A program made the position numbers and the translations under genes. From Candidatus Sysuiplasma jiujiangense (GTDB taxonomy: Archaea; Thermoplasmatota; Thermoplasmata; Sysuiplasmatales; Sysuiplasmataceae): a stretch of DNA of 64,000 nt. Below are positions 1 to 12,000 of this stretch, piece after piece. The DNA lies in assembly GCA_019721075.1 (NCBI GenBank), contig JAHEAD010000003.1, forward strand, positions 62,001 through 126,000. Direction: 5' to 3'. The notes beneath the pieces are model-generated. The model saw only the letters and a program-made list of their open reading frames with translations. It made no database searches and was not told the origin of the DNA. Position 1 is the stretch's first letter, and the number at the start of each line of letters is the position of its first letter.

Positions 1-144
1 ATAATACAGACAGCCGATTCGGTGAAACCGGATCTGATCGTCCTGGGAAACAGGGGGAGGGGGTTCAGGAGAGGTATTTTCTTCGGTTCCGTTTCACAGA
101 GAGTTGCCGCCGATTCGCCTGTATCGGTGATGATCGTCAAGTGA
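1..144 (+). CDS. Universal stress protein (UspA family), C-terminal fragment; 5' end outside window
   Basis: Hand translation of frame 1: IIQTADSVKPDLIVLGNRGRGFRRGIFFGSVSQRVAADSPVSVMIVK*. Has the USP motif DLIVxGxRG...GSVS...PVxV. Confidence 0.85.
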   Translation: MIQTADSVKPDLIVLGNRGRGFRRGIFFGSVSQRVAADSPVSVMIVK

Positions 145-1141
145 TGTCCAGTACTGCGGCACCGTTTATTCTCGATTCCCTGAGAGCGAGGAGCGCCTCA
201 TTTGCCCGGAGCATCGGATATTCCTCCAGGACGCTCCTGATTTTCAAACTACCTGCAAGTCTCATAAATTCATTCGCGTCTGCCCTCGTGTTTGCCTCTA
301 CCGTTATAACCTTCTTTTCATGGAACAGATGCTTCTCATAATCCATATCCGATACCGCATTCATATGAATCAGCGGTATCGAGAGCGTGCCGCCGGGCTT
401 CAGGCATTCAAGTGCATCTTTCATTGCAATACCGCTCGGTGCAAAGAGCAGGGCAGAATCAAGTTTTTCCCTGAGGGCTGAAGGGGCATCGCCCGATACA
501 AATGACCCGGAGGCACCAAGCCTCCGCGCTAGCTCCAGGTGTTCTTCGGATCTGGACACGGCGGCAACTTCATAGCCGAGCATGTATGCGACCTGGCAGA
601 TTATATGAGCCGAACTGCCAAAACCGAATATACCTATTTTCCCGCCGGGCGAGGGTCTTGCAATCTTGAATGCGCGGTAACCGATAATACCGGAACACAT
701 CAGCGGTGCAGCCTGCGCGGAGGAAATTTCATCCGGTATGCGCAATACATAGGAGGAACGGGCAAGAACAAACTCGGCGAATGCGCCGTTTACGGTATAG
801 CCGGTAAAAATCTTTTCCGGGCACAGATTTTCCCTTCCGGAAACACAGTATTCGCATCTGCCGCATGTGCCGTGAAGCCAGGGCACTCCGACCCTTTCAC
901 CCGCTTCAACCTCAGTAACACCGCTGCCTGTGGCAACGACCCGTCCGATGCCCTCATGCCCGGGAATCAGCCGTTTGTCTGTCACGCCGAGATCGCCCTC
1001 GGCGATGTGCAGGTCTGTTCTGCAGACACCGCAGTTTTCCACCTTCACAAGCACTTCCCCTTCCGCGGGATTGCCGATTTCGACATCTTCCTGCTCCAGC
1101 CAGTAACCCGTCTTTCTGCTCGCAAGAGTCATTGCCTTCAT
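137..1141 (-). CDS. Zinc-dependent alcohol dehydrogenase (MDR family)
   Basis: Start moved to MKAMTL (ATG at 1141). Motifs CGVCRTDLH, GHEGIG, structural-Zn CGRCEYCVSGRENLC and GIFGFG. Confidence 0.92.
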   Translation of the reverse strand: MKAMTLASRKTGYWLEQEDVEIGNPAEGEVLVKVENCGVCRTDLHIAEGDLGVTDKRLIPGHEGIGRVVATGSGVTEVEAGERVGVPWLHGTCGRCEYCVSGRENLCPEKIFTGYTVNGAFAEFVLARSSYVLRIPDEISSAQAAPLMCSGIIGYRAFKIARPSPGGKIGIFGFGSSAHIICQVAYMLGYEVAAVSRSEEHLELARRLGASGSFVSGDAPSALREKLDSALLFAPSGIAMKDALECLKPGGTLSIPLIHMNAVSDMDYEKHLFHEKKVITVEANTRADANEFMRLAGSLKIRSVLEEYPMLRANEALLALRESRINGAAVLDIT

Positions 1142-1210
1142 CGTAACACAGATAAAAATTAACAGTTCTGGAACTAATAGTTTTTTATCGGATGGCTCAA
1201 TCCCCAATGC

Positions 1211-2140
1211 ATGATAGGCGTTCAGGAAGTCAACCCGGCTGTTACGGACATAAAGAAGTTCATAATCCAGTTCGGCGAGCTGGTAAGAGCTTCCGGAGAG
1301 GATCTTCCAGCGCAATGGGCAGAAGAAAAGATAGACTCGATAAAGAACAGGCAGGAATACTGCTATGCGGCCGTCGATGGGAACAGGATCCTGGGCATTG
1401 CCGTGTTCAGCCAGAAGGAGGGAAGGGGTTTCTCATTTGTGTCGTGGGAAAACGAGGAAGTTGACAGGGAAGCGCTGCTTTTGCTTGTCAGAGAATATGT
1501 CAGCCGGCTCTCCCCAAGCTCATGGCTGAGAATCAGCGGAATACATCCGAATATACCTGAAGAGACGATGACATCCGTATGCGCCGGCCTCGGATTTCAG
1601 AAGAAGAAAAGAATCGAAATGTCAAGGGGTCTGGCAGACATACCGGAGGCGACTGAGCCGGAAGGCTCGTTTGCTCTTGTCCCTATAACGGATTTCACTG
1701 AAAGCGTCCTTTCAAGACTCGACTGGGAAAGCTACAGGAACACGCCCGATGAGGGCCTCTTCGCGAACAGTGCAGAGGAAAATGAGAAGATGATGCATTC
1801 TCTTCTTACGGGGGACTACGGACCGGTGATAAAGAACGCATCCGTATGTGCAGTGAACGACGGTAACCCGATTGCGATGATTGCCGTTACCGACATGGGT
1901 GACAAGGCATTTCTTGCAGATCTGAGCGTATCGCAAAATTACAGGAGAAAGGGACTGGGACGTTTCCTGATAACCAGGGCAATGAAGGAGGCTGCTCTGC
2001 TCAGGAAGAAGGAGATGTCTCTCTGGGTGTCTGAAGAGAATCTCGGGGCATTTGCGCTCTATAAGCAGCTTGGCTTCAGTGAGTTGAGGTCCGGGACATA
2101 CTACGTAAGGAAGAGCATGGCGGAAAATGCGGTCAAATAA
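1211..2140 (+). CDS. GNAT family N-acetyltransferase (tandem GNAT)
   Basis: C-terminal acetyl-CoA motif LSVSQNYRRKGLGRFL and ENLGAFALYKQLGF. Confidence 0.85.
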   Translation: MIGVQEVNPAVTDIKKFIIQFGELVRASGEDLPAQWAEEKIDSIKNRQEYCYAAVDGNRILGIAVFSQKEGRGFSFVSWENEEVDREALLLLVREYVSRLSPSSWLRISGIHPNIPEETMTSVCAGLGFQKKKRIEMSRGLADIPEATEPEGSFALVPITDFTESVLSRLDWESYRNTPDEGLFANSAEENEKMMHSLLTGDYGPVIKNASVCAVNDGNPIAMIAVTDMGDKAFLADLSVSQNYRRKGLGRFLITRAMKEAALLRKKEMSLWVSEENLGAFALYKQLGFSELRSGTYYVRKSMAENAVK

Positions 2141-2311
2141 CTGTTCCGCGGAATATGTTTCCAGCCTTGTGGTATTTAAATATTACTAATTTCGTAAATT
2201 GTGCCGGATCGCCGTATTCCGATAGGTTATTTATAGGCTCAGATTATAGTGTTGGCAGCCATCGAAAAATCGCGGTTTTCAGCCGGATAAGGGAAGGGAA
2301 AAAGGCTCTAA

Positions 2312-4249
<1,938 letters not shown>

Positions 4250-4258
4250 GTGTTTTAG

Positions 4259-6895
4259 ATGACAGACGGAAGCATTTCACCGGAGCCTGCACCGAACAGG
4301 ATAATCAACAGGCCGATTGAAATCGAGATGCGGAAGGCTTACATCGATTATGCGATGAGCGTCATTGTGGGAAGGGCACTGCCCGATGTACGGGACGGAC
4401 TGAAGCCCGTTCACAGGAAAATACTGTTTGGAATGAATGAGCTTGGCGCCAATGCGGGAAGGGCACACAAGAAAAGCGCGAGGATTGTCGGAGAGGTGCT
4501 CGGCAAGTATCATCCTCACAGTGACATCGCAATCTACGATGCGCTGGTCAGGATGGCACAGACCTTTTCAATGCGGTACCCTCTCATAGACGGCCAGGGA
4601 AACTTCGGCAGCATTGACGGTGATACGGCAGCCGCAATGAGATACACTGAGTGCAGGCTTTCGCGAATTGCGGAAGAAATGCTGCAGGACATAGAGAAGG
4701 AAACAGTCAGAATGGTTGACAATTTCGATGCAACGCTCAGGGAGCCGGAGATCCTGCCCTCAAAGTTCCCGAACCTGCTCGTGAACGGGACAAGCGGAAT
4801 TGCGGTCGGCATGGCGACCAACATGCCTCCGCACAACCTCGGAGAGGTAGTTGACGGAATGAAGCACCTCATAGATAATCCAGAGGCTGATCTTTCGCAG
4901 CTGATGCAATTCATCAAGGGACCCGACTTTCCGACCGGTGGCACAGTATACGGTCTCAGCGGACTTGTCGATGCCTACACTTCCGGCAGAGGCAGGATAA
5001 CAGTCAGGGCAAAGACACATATCGAGGAGGAGGAAGGCAGAAAGAAGATCATCGTGGACGAAATACCGTACCAGGTGAACAAGAGTGCAATGCTCGAGGA
5101 CATTGCGCGCCTTGTCAAGGAGAAACGTGTCGAGGGCATCTCCGATCTCAGGGACGAATCGGACAGAAGCGGGATGAGAATTGTAATCGAACTGAAGAGG
5201 GATGCGATAGAGGACGTTGTTCTGAATCAGCTTTTCACGCACAGCCAGATGGAAGTCACCTTTGGCATAATCAACATCGCACTTGTCAACAATGAGCCCA
5301 AGGTGCTTTCGCTAAGGGAGCTCATGCGCAACTTCATCGATTTCCGCAGGGAAATAGTGAGGAAGAGAACGGAATTCGAGCTGAAGCAGGCAAGGGCGAG
5401 GATGCACATTGTTGAAGGGCTGATGGTTGCGATAGAGAACATCGACAGGATGATAGACATCATCAGAAAATCAACTTCAGGCGAAGAGGCAAGACTCAGG
5501 CTGATGGATGTTTCAGACTGGTCCACAGTCCCGCTGATAAACCGGCCTGAGCAGACTCGGGGATTCAGCCTTTCGGAGGAACAGGCAAAGGCAATACTGG
5601 ACATGAGACTGCAGAAGCTCACTGGTCTTGAGATGGACGGGGTGCGGACGGAGTACAGCGGTCTGATCGCAAGGATAGAGGATTACACCAGAACGCTGGG
5701 CGATGAAACAAGGATACTCACAATCATAAAAACAGAACTGGACGAAATCAAGGAGAAGTACGGTGACAAACGCCTCACTGAAATAAATTCCGAGGGACTT
5801 GAGATGACCATAGAGGACCTCATTCCCGACGAGGAGGTTGTTGTCACAGTGACCAGCAGGGGTTACGTGAAACGCGTCCCTCTGGCAACATACGAACAGC
5901 AGCACAGAGGGGGCAAGGGTCTTGCCGGCGTGGATACACATGAAGAGGACTACGTTGTGGACATGTTCGTGGCATCAACGCACAATTACATACTGTTCAT
6001 AACAAACAGGGGCAGGGCCTACTGGCTTAAAACATATGCCATACCCGCAGGATCGCGCCACAGCCCGGGCAGACCGATCGTGAATCTTCTTCCACGCCTC
6101 GAGGAAGGCGAGAAGGTTATTGACAACATACCGCTCAAATCGTTCGACGAGGGGCACTATCTGCTGTTCGCCACAAAGAGAGGGAAGGTCAAGAAGACAT
6201 CACTGATGGCATATTCGCACGTGAGGGCCATGGGAATAATTGCGGTTGGCCTTGAGGAAGGAGACGAAGTTATCGGCACCGTTCTCACGGACGCCAGCCA
6301 GGACGTTGTGCTCGCCACAAGGAACGGTTACGTCATCAGGTTCGGAGAGAGAGACGTAAGACCGATGGGAAGACAGGCGGCAGGGGTCAGGGGCATAAGG
6401 CTGCGCGAAGGGGACGAGGTGGTGAGCATGGAATGCTCTTCCAGCGAAGGGAATGTGCTTCTCACGGTAACCGAAAACGGATACGGCAAACCGTCGTGGG
6501 TGGGCGAATACAGAAAGATGAGACGCGGCGGAAAGGGCGTAATAACAATAAAGACCACCGAGAGAAACGGGAAGGTCGTCGCTGTCAGGGCATTCAATTC
6601 CGGTGACGAAGTACTGCTCACATCGGAAAGCGGGATGGTCATACGTGTACCCATAGACGACATAAGGGTCATGGGGAGAAATACGCAGGGGGTGAGCATC
6701 ATGAAACTCGAAAGCGGCGACAGGGTCACGGCGATGACGCGGCTCGTCGGCTCGGAGATGGAGGAGAGGGTGATGAAGGAAGGGGAGCAGGAGGAGATGA
6801 TGAAGAAAACGCTTTCCCGGGAGCCTCCGGCAGACACAAAGCCGCTGCCGGACAGCAAACTCATTGAGCCGAAGGAAAAGGAAACGGATGAGTGA
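4259..6895 (+). CDS. gyrA: DNA gyrase subunit A
   Basis: [15 protein letters not shown], catalytic AAMRYTE, GyrA-box QHRGGKG, C-terminal beta-pinwheel repeats and an acidic tail. Directly follows gyrB. Confidence 0.98.
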   Translation: MTDGSISPEPAPNRIINRPIEIEMRKAYIDYAMSVIVGRALPDVRDGLKPVHRKILFGMNELGANAGRAHKKSARIVGEVLGKYHPHSDIAIYDALVRMAQTFSMRYPLIDGQGNFGSIDGDTAAAMRYTECRLSRIAEEMLQDIEKETVRMVDNFDATLREPEILPSKFPNLLVNGTSGIAVGMATNMPPHNLGEVVDGMKHLIDNPEADLSQLMQFIKGPDFPTGGTVYGLSGLVDAYTSGRGRITVRAKTHIEEEEGRKKIIVDEIPYQVNKSAMLEDIARLVKEKRVEGISDLRDESDRSGMRIVIELKRDAIEDVVLNQLFTHSQMEVTFGIINIALVNNEPKVLSLRELMRNFIDFRREIVRKRTEFELKQARARMHIVEGLMVAIENIDRMIDIIRKSTSGEEARLRLMDVSDWSTVPLINRPEQTRGFSLSEEQAKAILDMRLQKLTGLEMDGVRTEYSGLIARIEDYTRTLGDETRILTIIKTELDEIKEKYGDKRLTEINSEGLEMTIEDLIPDEEVVVTVTSRGYVKRVPLATYEQQHRGGKGLAGVDTHEEDYVVDMFVASTHNYILFITNRGRAYWLKTYAIPAGSRHSPGRPIVNLLPRLEEGEKVIDNIPLKSFDEGHYLLFATKRGKVKKTSLMAYSHVRAMGIIAVGLEEGDEVIGTVLTDASQDVVLATRNGYVIRFGERDVRPMGRQAAGVRGIRLREGDEVVSMECSSSEGNVLLTVTENGYGKPSWVGEYRKMRRGGKGVITIKTTERNGKVVAVRAFNSGDEVLLTSESGMVIRVPIDDIRVMGRNTQGVSIMKLESGDRVTAMTRLVGSEMEERVMKEGEQEEMMKKTLSREPPADTKPLPDSKLIEPKEKETDE

Positions 6896-6977
6896 TTTTA
6901 ACAAATTAGTGCAGATGCAACTCGTCTGGTAATCTTTATATTGAATGCGCCTGAATTGTTGAAACGGTGCATATTGA

Positions 6978-7682
6978 TTGCTCAGGGATACTGTTTCAGG
7001 TCTGGAAAAAATAATCAGGAATGACGTTGAGGCGCCGAAGGTTGTCCTTGTAATCGGGCCGCCCGGCTCGATGAAGACATCCTTCTGCTTTTCAGTAATG
7101 TCGAAACATCTTTCCGGAAGCGGCGAAATAGGGCTCTACCTCACGCTTGAGGAGACCACGGAAAGCCATACAAAGAACATGAAGAGTCTGGGAATAGACT
7201 TCGGCCGCAACCTGTTCGTTTCCGACTTCACGGATATCAGGGAACTGGAGCTCGTCGGCGACGATGCGGAAATGGACTACATATCACTGATTGAAAGGCT
7301 GGTAAAAAACTTCAAGCAGAAGCATGGAAAGGCATTCACGATGCTTACCATTGACTCGCTCGGAGCACTGTACTCACTGATGGAGGACGGCGTTTCCCTC
7401 AGGAAGAGCATGTATCACTTTTTCAAGAATCTGAGGGAAATGGGGCTGTTCACGATGCTTATCATGGAAGGGAGCATCGCAGAAGGCAGATTCTATGCGG
7501 GAACCGAAGCGTTCCTGAGTGACGGTGTTGTCTATCTGGGCATGGACAGCAACCGGGGCAAGATCACCAGATTCGTCCAGATTGGTAAAATGAGGGCATG
7601 CGACCACAGCATGGAGAGGCACGCGCTGGAAATCGGAAGAGGTGGTCTGCAGGTACTCGGACCGCTTCTCGGCAATATGTAG
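6978..7682 (+). CDS. KaiC-like / RAD55 (RecA-superfamily) ATPase, single domain
   Basis: Variant Walker A GPPGSMKT, LYLTLEE, Walker B LTIDSL, FLSDGVV and the C-terminal KMR motif. TTG start. Confidence 0.85.
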   Translation: MLRDTVSGLEKIIRNDVEAPKVVLVIGPPGSMKTSFCFSVMSKHLSGSGEIGLYLTLEETTESHTKNMKSLGIDFGRNLFVSDFTDIRELELVGDDAEMDYISLIERLVKNFKQKHGKAFTMLTIDSLGALYSLMEDGVSLRKSMYHFFKNLREMGLFTMLIMEGSIAEGRFYAGTEAFLSDGVVYLGMDSNRGKITRFVQIGKMRACDHSMERHALEIGRGGLQVLGPLLGNM

Positions 7683-7882
7683 GCTGATGACGCGAAAGTG
7701 ACGGCATACCGTGACTGAAAAACAGAGACGAAGAGAGTTGTTTGCTTAAACGATAAGCGGATGAAAAGTGCTTAATATAGTCAGTTCGTGTTATGAAACA
7801 GAATGAATAAACATATGTGCTTTCGGATCGTTGACTGGACATCCGGCCTGATGCACGCTTGTTTGTTTCCGGAGGAGTGGTA

Positions 7883-8815
7883 ATGGGTTCAAGTGAAACA
7901 CCTATATGGCAGGTAATCGAAGAAACTGCGACCAAGCTTAAGAAGCAGCACGAAGAGATGAACACCAGGCAGGAGAGTCTGGACAGAAAGGAACAGGAAT
8001 TGAATTCCAAGCAGGGACTGCTTGATGAGAAGGAAAGAGGTCTCAATGCAAAGGAAAGCAGCCTCAACGAACTGCAGTCCGTGCTGACGGGCAGGGAGAG
8101 CAAAATAGCCCAGAAGGAAAATGACATTCATGCAGCAGAGTCGGCTCTGAACACGAAAATAGCGGAAGTGCAGAGCAAGGAAATTGAGCTCAACGGTAAA
8201 GAGAAGCTTATGGCATTCAGAGAGCAGAATCTGGAGGCAAAGGCCTCCGAACTGAATACGCTTGAAAAGGATGTAAAGGAGAAGCAGTCTGCATTGAAGG
8301 GCAAGGAAGACGAACTGCTGAAGCAGGAGCAGGAACTCAAGCAGATAATCGAGCAGGTGGTTGCGAGGAGACAGTCCATTGTCATGCTTGAGGAGACGCT
8401 GAGAAAGGAGCTTCAGAATATGAGACCGGCGGATGCGACACTGCCGAAGGAGCAGGAAGCGCATGTGCGCCAGCAGCAGCCGCAGGCAAGACCTGAACCG
8501 GTTCATGCTGCACCGGATACGAAGAAACTTGCCGAAGACGAAATGTACTGCAGCAACTGCAATGCCATCATAAGCAGGGATGCGGTCATCTGCTACTCAT
8601 GCGGCGCAAAGGTGAACGAGACGGCACAATCCCAGAGTGATCTCGCCGAAGACGAAATGTACTGCAGCAACTGCAATGCCATCATAAGCAGGGATGCGGT
8701 CATCTGCTACTCATGCGGACAGCGAGTTACACCACAGGGGGAAAACGCCAATCACGGGACCCAGAACAGTGCAGGTGATGATTCCAGGAAGATCATAAAA
8801 AAGAAGATCGCCTGA
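7883..8815 (+). CDS. Long coiled-coil protein with two C-terminal double zinc ribbons
   Basis: ATG at 7883 after a GGAGGAG Shine-Dalgarno. About 18 consecutive heptads, many L-x-x-K/R-E, a Pro/Gln linker, two CSNC...CYSC units and a basic C-terminus RKIIKKKIA. Confidence 0.8.
   Translation: MGSSETPIWQVIEETATKLKKQHEEMNTRQESLDRKEQELNSKQGLLDEKERGLNAKESSLNELQSVLTGRESKIAQKENDIHAAESALNTKIAEVQSKEIELNGKEKLMAFREQNLEAKASELNTLEKDVKEKQSALKGKEDELLKQEQELKQIIEQVVARRQSIVMLEETLRKELQNMRPADATLPKEQEAHVRQQQPQARPEPVHAAPDTKKLAEDEMYCSNCNAIISRDAVICYSCGAKVNETAQSQSDLAEDEMYCSNCNAIISRDAVICYSCGQRVTPQGENANHGTQNSAGDDSRKIIKKKIA
8531..8718 (+). repeat. Exact 74-bp intragenic direct repeat encoding the duplicated zinc ribbon
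   Basis: GCCGAAGACGAAATGTACTGC...TGCTACTCATGCGG is identical at 8531-8604 and 8645-8718. Confidence 0.95.
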
Positions 8816-9036
8816 ATGCACTGAATGCATTGCCGAAACAAACCCTTTTAATATCCCCTTTTCCGGTATTTTTAAAAACAGCTGCGTCAAACCAGCACCT
8901 GTTTTGGACGCATTTTCGCTCTTTTTTCAGGCAGCGGCAGTTGGGGATTGCTTTGATAATTACAGAAAAGCATTTTTATATCGCACGATAACTCAAATTT
9001 TTTAAACTGTTAATCGCGCTTGAAGCGGGTAAAATT

Positions 9037-12000
9037 ATGCAGAGATCCAGAGCAGAACTGATCAGACTTGCGTGCATGTCTGTTGTTGCGCTGTTTGTAA
9101 TGTCCGCAATGTTCGGAGGAATAGGGAATACCCCTGGAGCGAATGCTGCAAGGCCGGATGCCCTTATATCCTCGCAGCAGGGAGGCAATGTGACCGTCGG
9201 AACGGGATACAGCCTCACCAGCTGGAATTTGAGCGGAGGCACCCAGGTAATGCAGGGCAACCTCACGATCAGGGAAGGGGGCGTTGTCAGGCTGTCCAAC
9301 GAAACAATGATGTTCGACGAGTTTGCATCTAGCGGAACCTACCCGGGAGCATCGATATTCCACATCACTGTAGAGGACGGAGGCAGGCTCATAATGAGCC
9401 ATTCGACAGTGACGACCAATCTGCAGCTACTCAACGACATACCGGTGCTGGGCGTATTTGAGAGCAACGGAGCATCAATTCTGATGCAGGACAATTCATC
9501 CTTTGTTTTCCCCGGGCAGTTTGTCGTATACAGCTCAAACTTCACTATGATTGACTCATCGATAAGCGGTTTCAGTGCATCCCAGTTCAACCCCAACTAC
9601 ATCAACGAGAGTGTTTTCCCGCCCAATGTGTTTGCAAATCCTCCGGTGTCTTCGTTCTATTCCGCGAACGTACTGCTTCAAAATTCAAAGATTTACATGT
9701 ATTCACTGCACGGGCCATACAATCAGACTACGGTGTTCGTCGAACACTATCCCTTTGCATCTGACAGCGCACAGAAGAACAGCGTGTCTTACAGCCTTGA
9801 GGCCTTACCCACTTCGGTATTCAGGCAGGCACCCCTTGCCGATACAACAACCAACCAGAACATATTCAATCTCACGGCATTTGACCAGTCAAACTATGTG
9901 GTTCAGGCCGGACATCAGCTTTCGGTGACTAACTTCACGACCGGGGGCCTGAACGAGCCGCTGGGCGCGGTAACGCTTAATGTGGAATACGAAACGAGCG
10001 GAGCAACATCAGGGACACCGGCTACAGTCTACTGGGCATACGGAAACACCACGGATCCTGTGCAGCAGGCTTCACTCATCAATACTGCGACCTACTATGC
10101 TCCGAATGCCAACAACTATTACACCTCCTCCATAACCCTCCCTGGAGGGCTTACAGAAAATGATCTCAGCAGGATAATTGTCTGGATATACGTTTCATCT
10201 GGAACACTGCTTGTCAACAAGCTCTGGTTCCTGATGACTATTAACCAGCCGGCTTACAAGAATATGACAATAGGCGGTGCTTCAAGTTTCACAGCAATTG
10301 ACAGCTTCATCGACGCGAATTTCATAGACAGCGGAGCATTGCATGATGCTATTTCCGTTGCAGACACTGCTCATGCCTATCTCTATGGCGTCACGGTAAA
10401 TCAGTCAGTCACCTCCGGATACACCGGCCCGTTCGTGCCGGCCATAGTGGGACAGATTGCGTCGATGACAGCGAAGGCGGCGACTTTTGGACCTTCAAAC
10501 ACAGCAAGTCCGACGGAATTGAATCTGCTTGACTCCAACACATCCACCTACTACAACATAACCGCTGGAAGCGCTATGCAGACCTATGGAATGAATGTTT
10601 CAGGAGGCGTTTCGCTCAACACACAACTCAAGTCTGCGACACTATATTTGTATACAAACACGGTAACAGCGCAAGAAGTATTGATAGGCCAAATAGGAGA
10701 ACCTATTTCTAATTACGTTTCGACAGGCATTACTATAGGAAGCAACGGAATTGGTCAATATTCTGCGAATCTGAATTCCTTGGGCATAACCAATCTAAAT
10801 GAACTGAAAAACTTGGTTGTCTATATCGACAATAGCGGCGGTGTAACAATAAGCATAAAGGATCTCAGGGTGCAGGCCCAGATTCTGCCCCAGGCATACA
10901 TTTACAGATTTGCGGATGTCACCGTCCACAATGGACAGGGACTCCCTGTAAACAACAGCAGACTGAGTTTCAAATACAGCAGCAGCACCCCAACAAACGT
11001 TTCTGCGGGAACATCCGCAGGATATTATGTGGCACCTCTCAACAACTATCAGATGACGCCGCCTTCATCCGTCCTCTCATATCTTGGAAAAACATCTTCA
11101 AACTACAACGTGACCAACTACTTCGGAAATGCTGTAGTGCCGCTGCTTACAGATCTGATAGATTATTCCACATACCCGGACTCGATGTTTGTCGGAAACT
11201 ATACAATGACTGTCATTTACAATGGAGCTGATTTCGGTTTCTCAATGGCCTTTGAGCCGTTCCCGAATATTACGGCAGCTTCACAGCTTGTCTACTTTAA
11301 TGTGTCCATTCCTGTCACTGTACCGCTCCCGCTCGTTCTGGTGGGAAAGCCATATGTCACACCGTCATTTGTTTACCAGAACCAGACCGGACAGATTACT
11401 TTCAATATCACCGATGACGCTCAGACCGGAATTAATTCCATTACGATAAATGTATCAGACGGAGCGAACGGACAACTCGTTTCGAGCGAAAATGTAGTTA
11501 CATCATTAAGTCCGTTAGAGACCAAAACAATCACTCTTCCATGGACTTTTTCCGCTGCCGGCAACAATTCAATAAGCGTGAATGCCAACCCGAACAAGAC
11601 TGTTCCCGAGTCCAGCTATTCCGGAGACTTCAACTCGACACTCTTCTATGTTGAACCCAATTTACCCGAGCTTGTAGTATCATCTTCGGGAATAACGTTC
11701 AACCCGAGCCCGGCTTTCAGCGGAAAGGCTGTCGTGATAACTGCCACCATACAGAATACGCTTGGAAGAGCGGGAGTCAAAAATCTGACTGTCGGTTTCT
11801 ATTACGGTAACCCGCTCAGCGGCGGAACACTGATCGGCACCGGTATCACCAGCGTGTCAGCAGGCGGAACCAACACCACATCAATAAGCTGGATACCGAC
11901 AACAATAGGCTCAGTGCCAATCTATGTTTACATAGATCCGTCGCAGACAATCGTGCAATACAGCCACGCGGGAAACCTGAATTACAGCGTGTTGCTGATT

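Noticed and set aside
6978..7682. Circadian clock KaiC
   Set aside because: Single domain and no kaiA or kaiB in the window. It belongs to the broader archaeal KaiC-like family.
7684..7720. Hammerhead ribozyme or C/D box RNA (CTGATGA...GAAA...CTGA)
   Set aside because: Only 3 nt separate CUGAUGA and GAAA, so there is no stem II. I found no convincing stems I or III, and the C-to-D spacing is too short with no internal C'/D' boxes.
8531..8718. CRISPR array or DGR template/variable repeat pair
   Set aside because: Only two in-frame, identical 74-bp coding copies with no adenine-specific mismatches. There are no cas or reverse transcriptase genes in the window.
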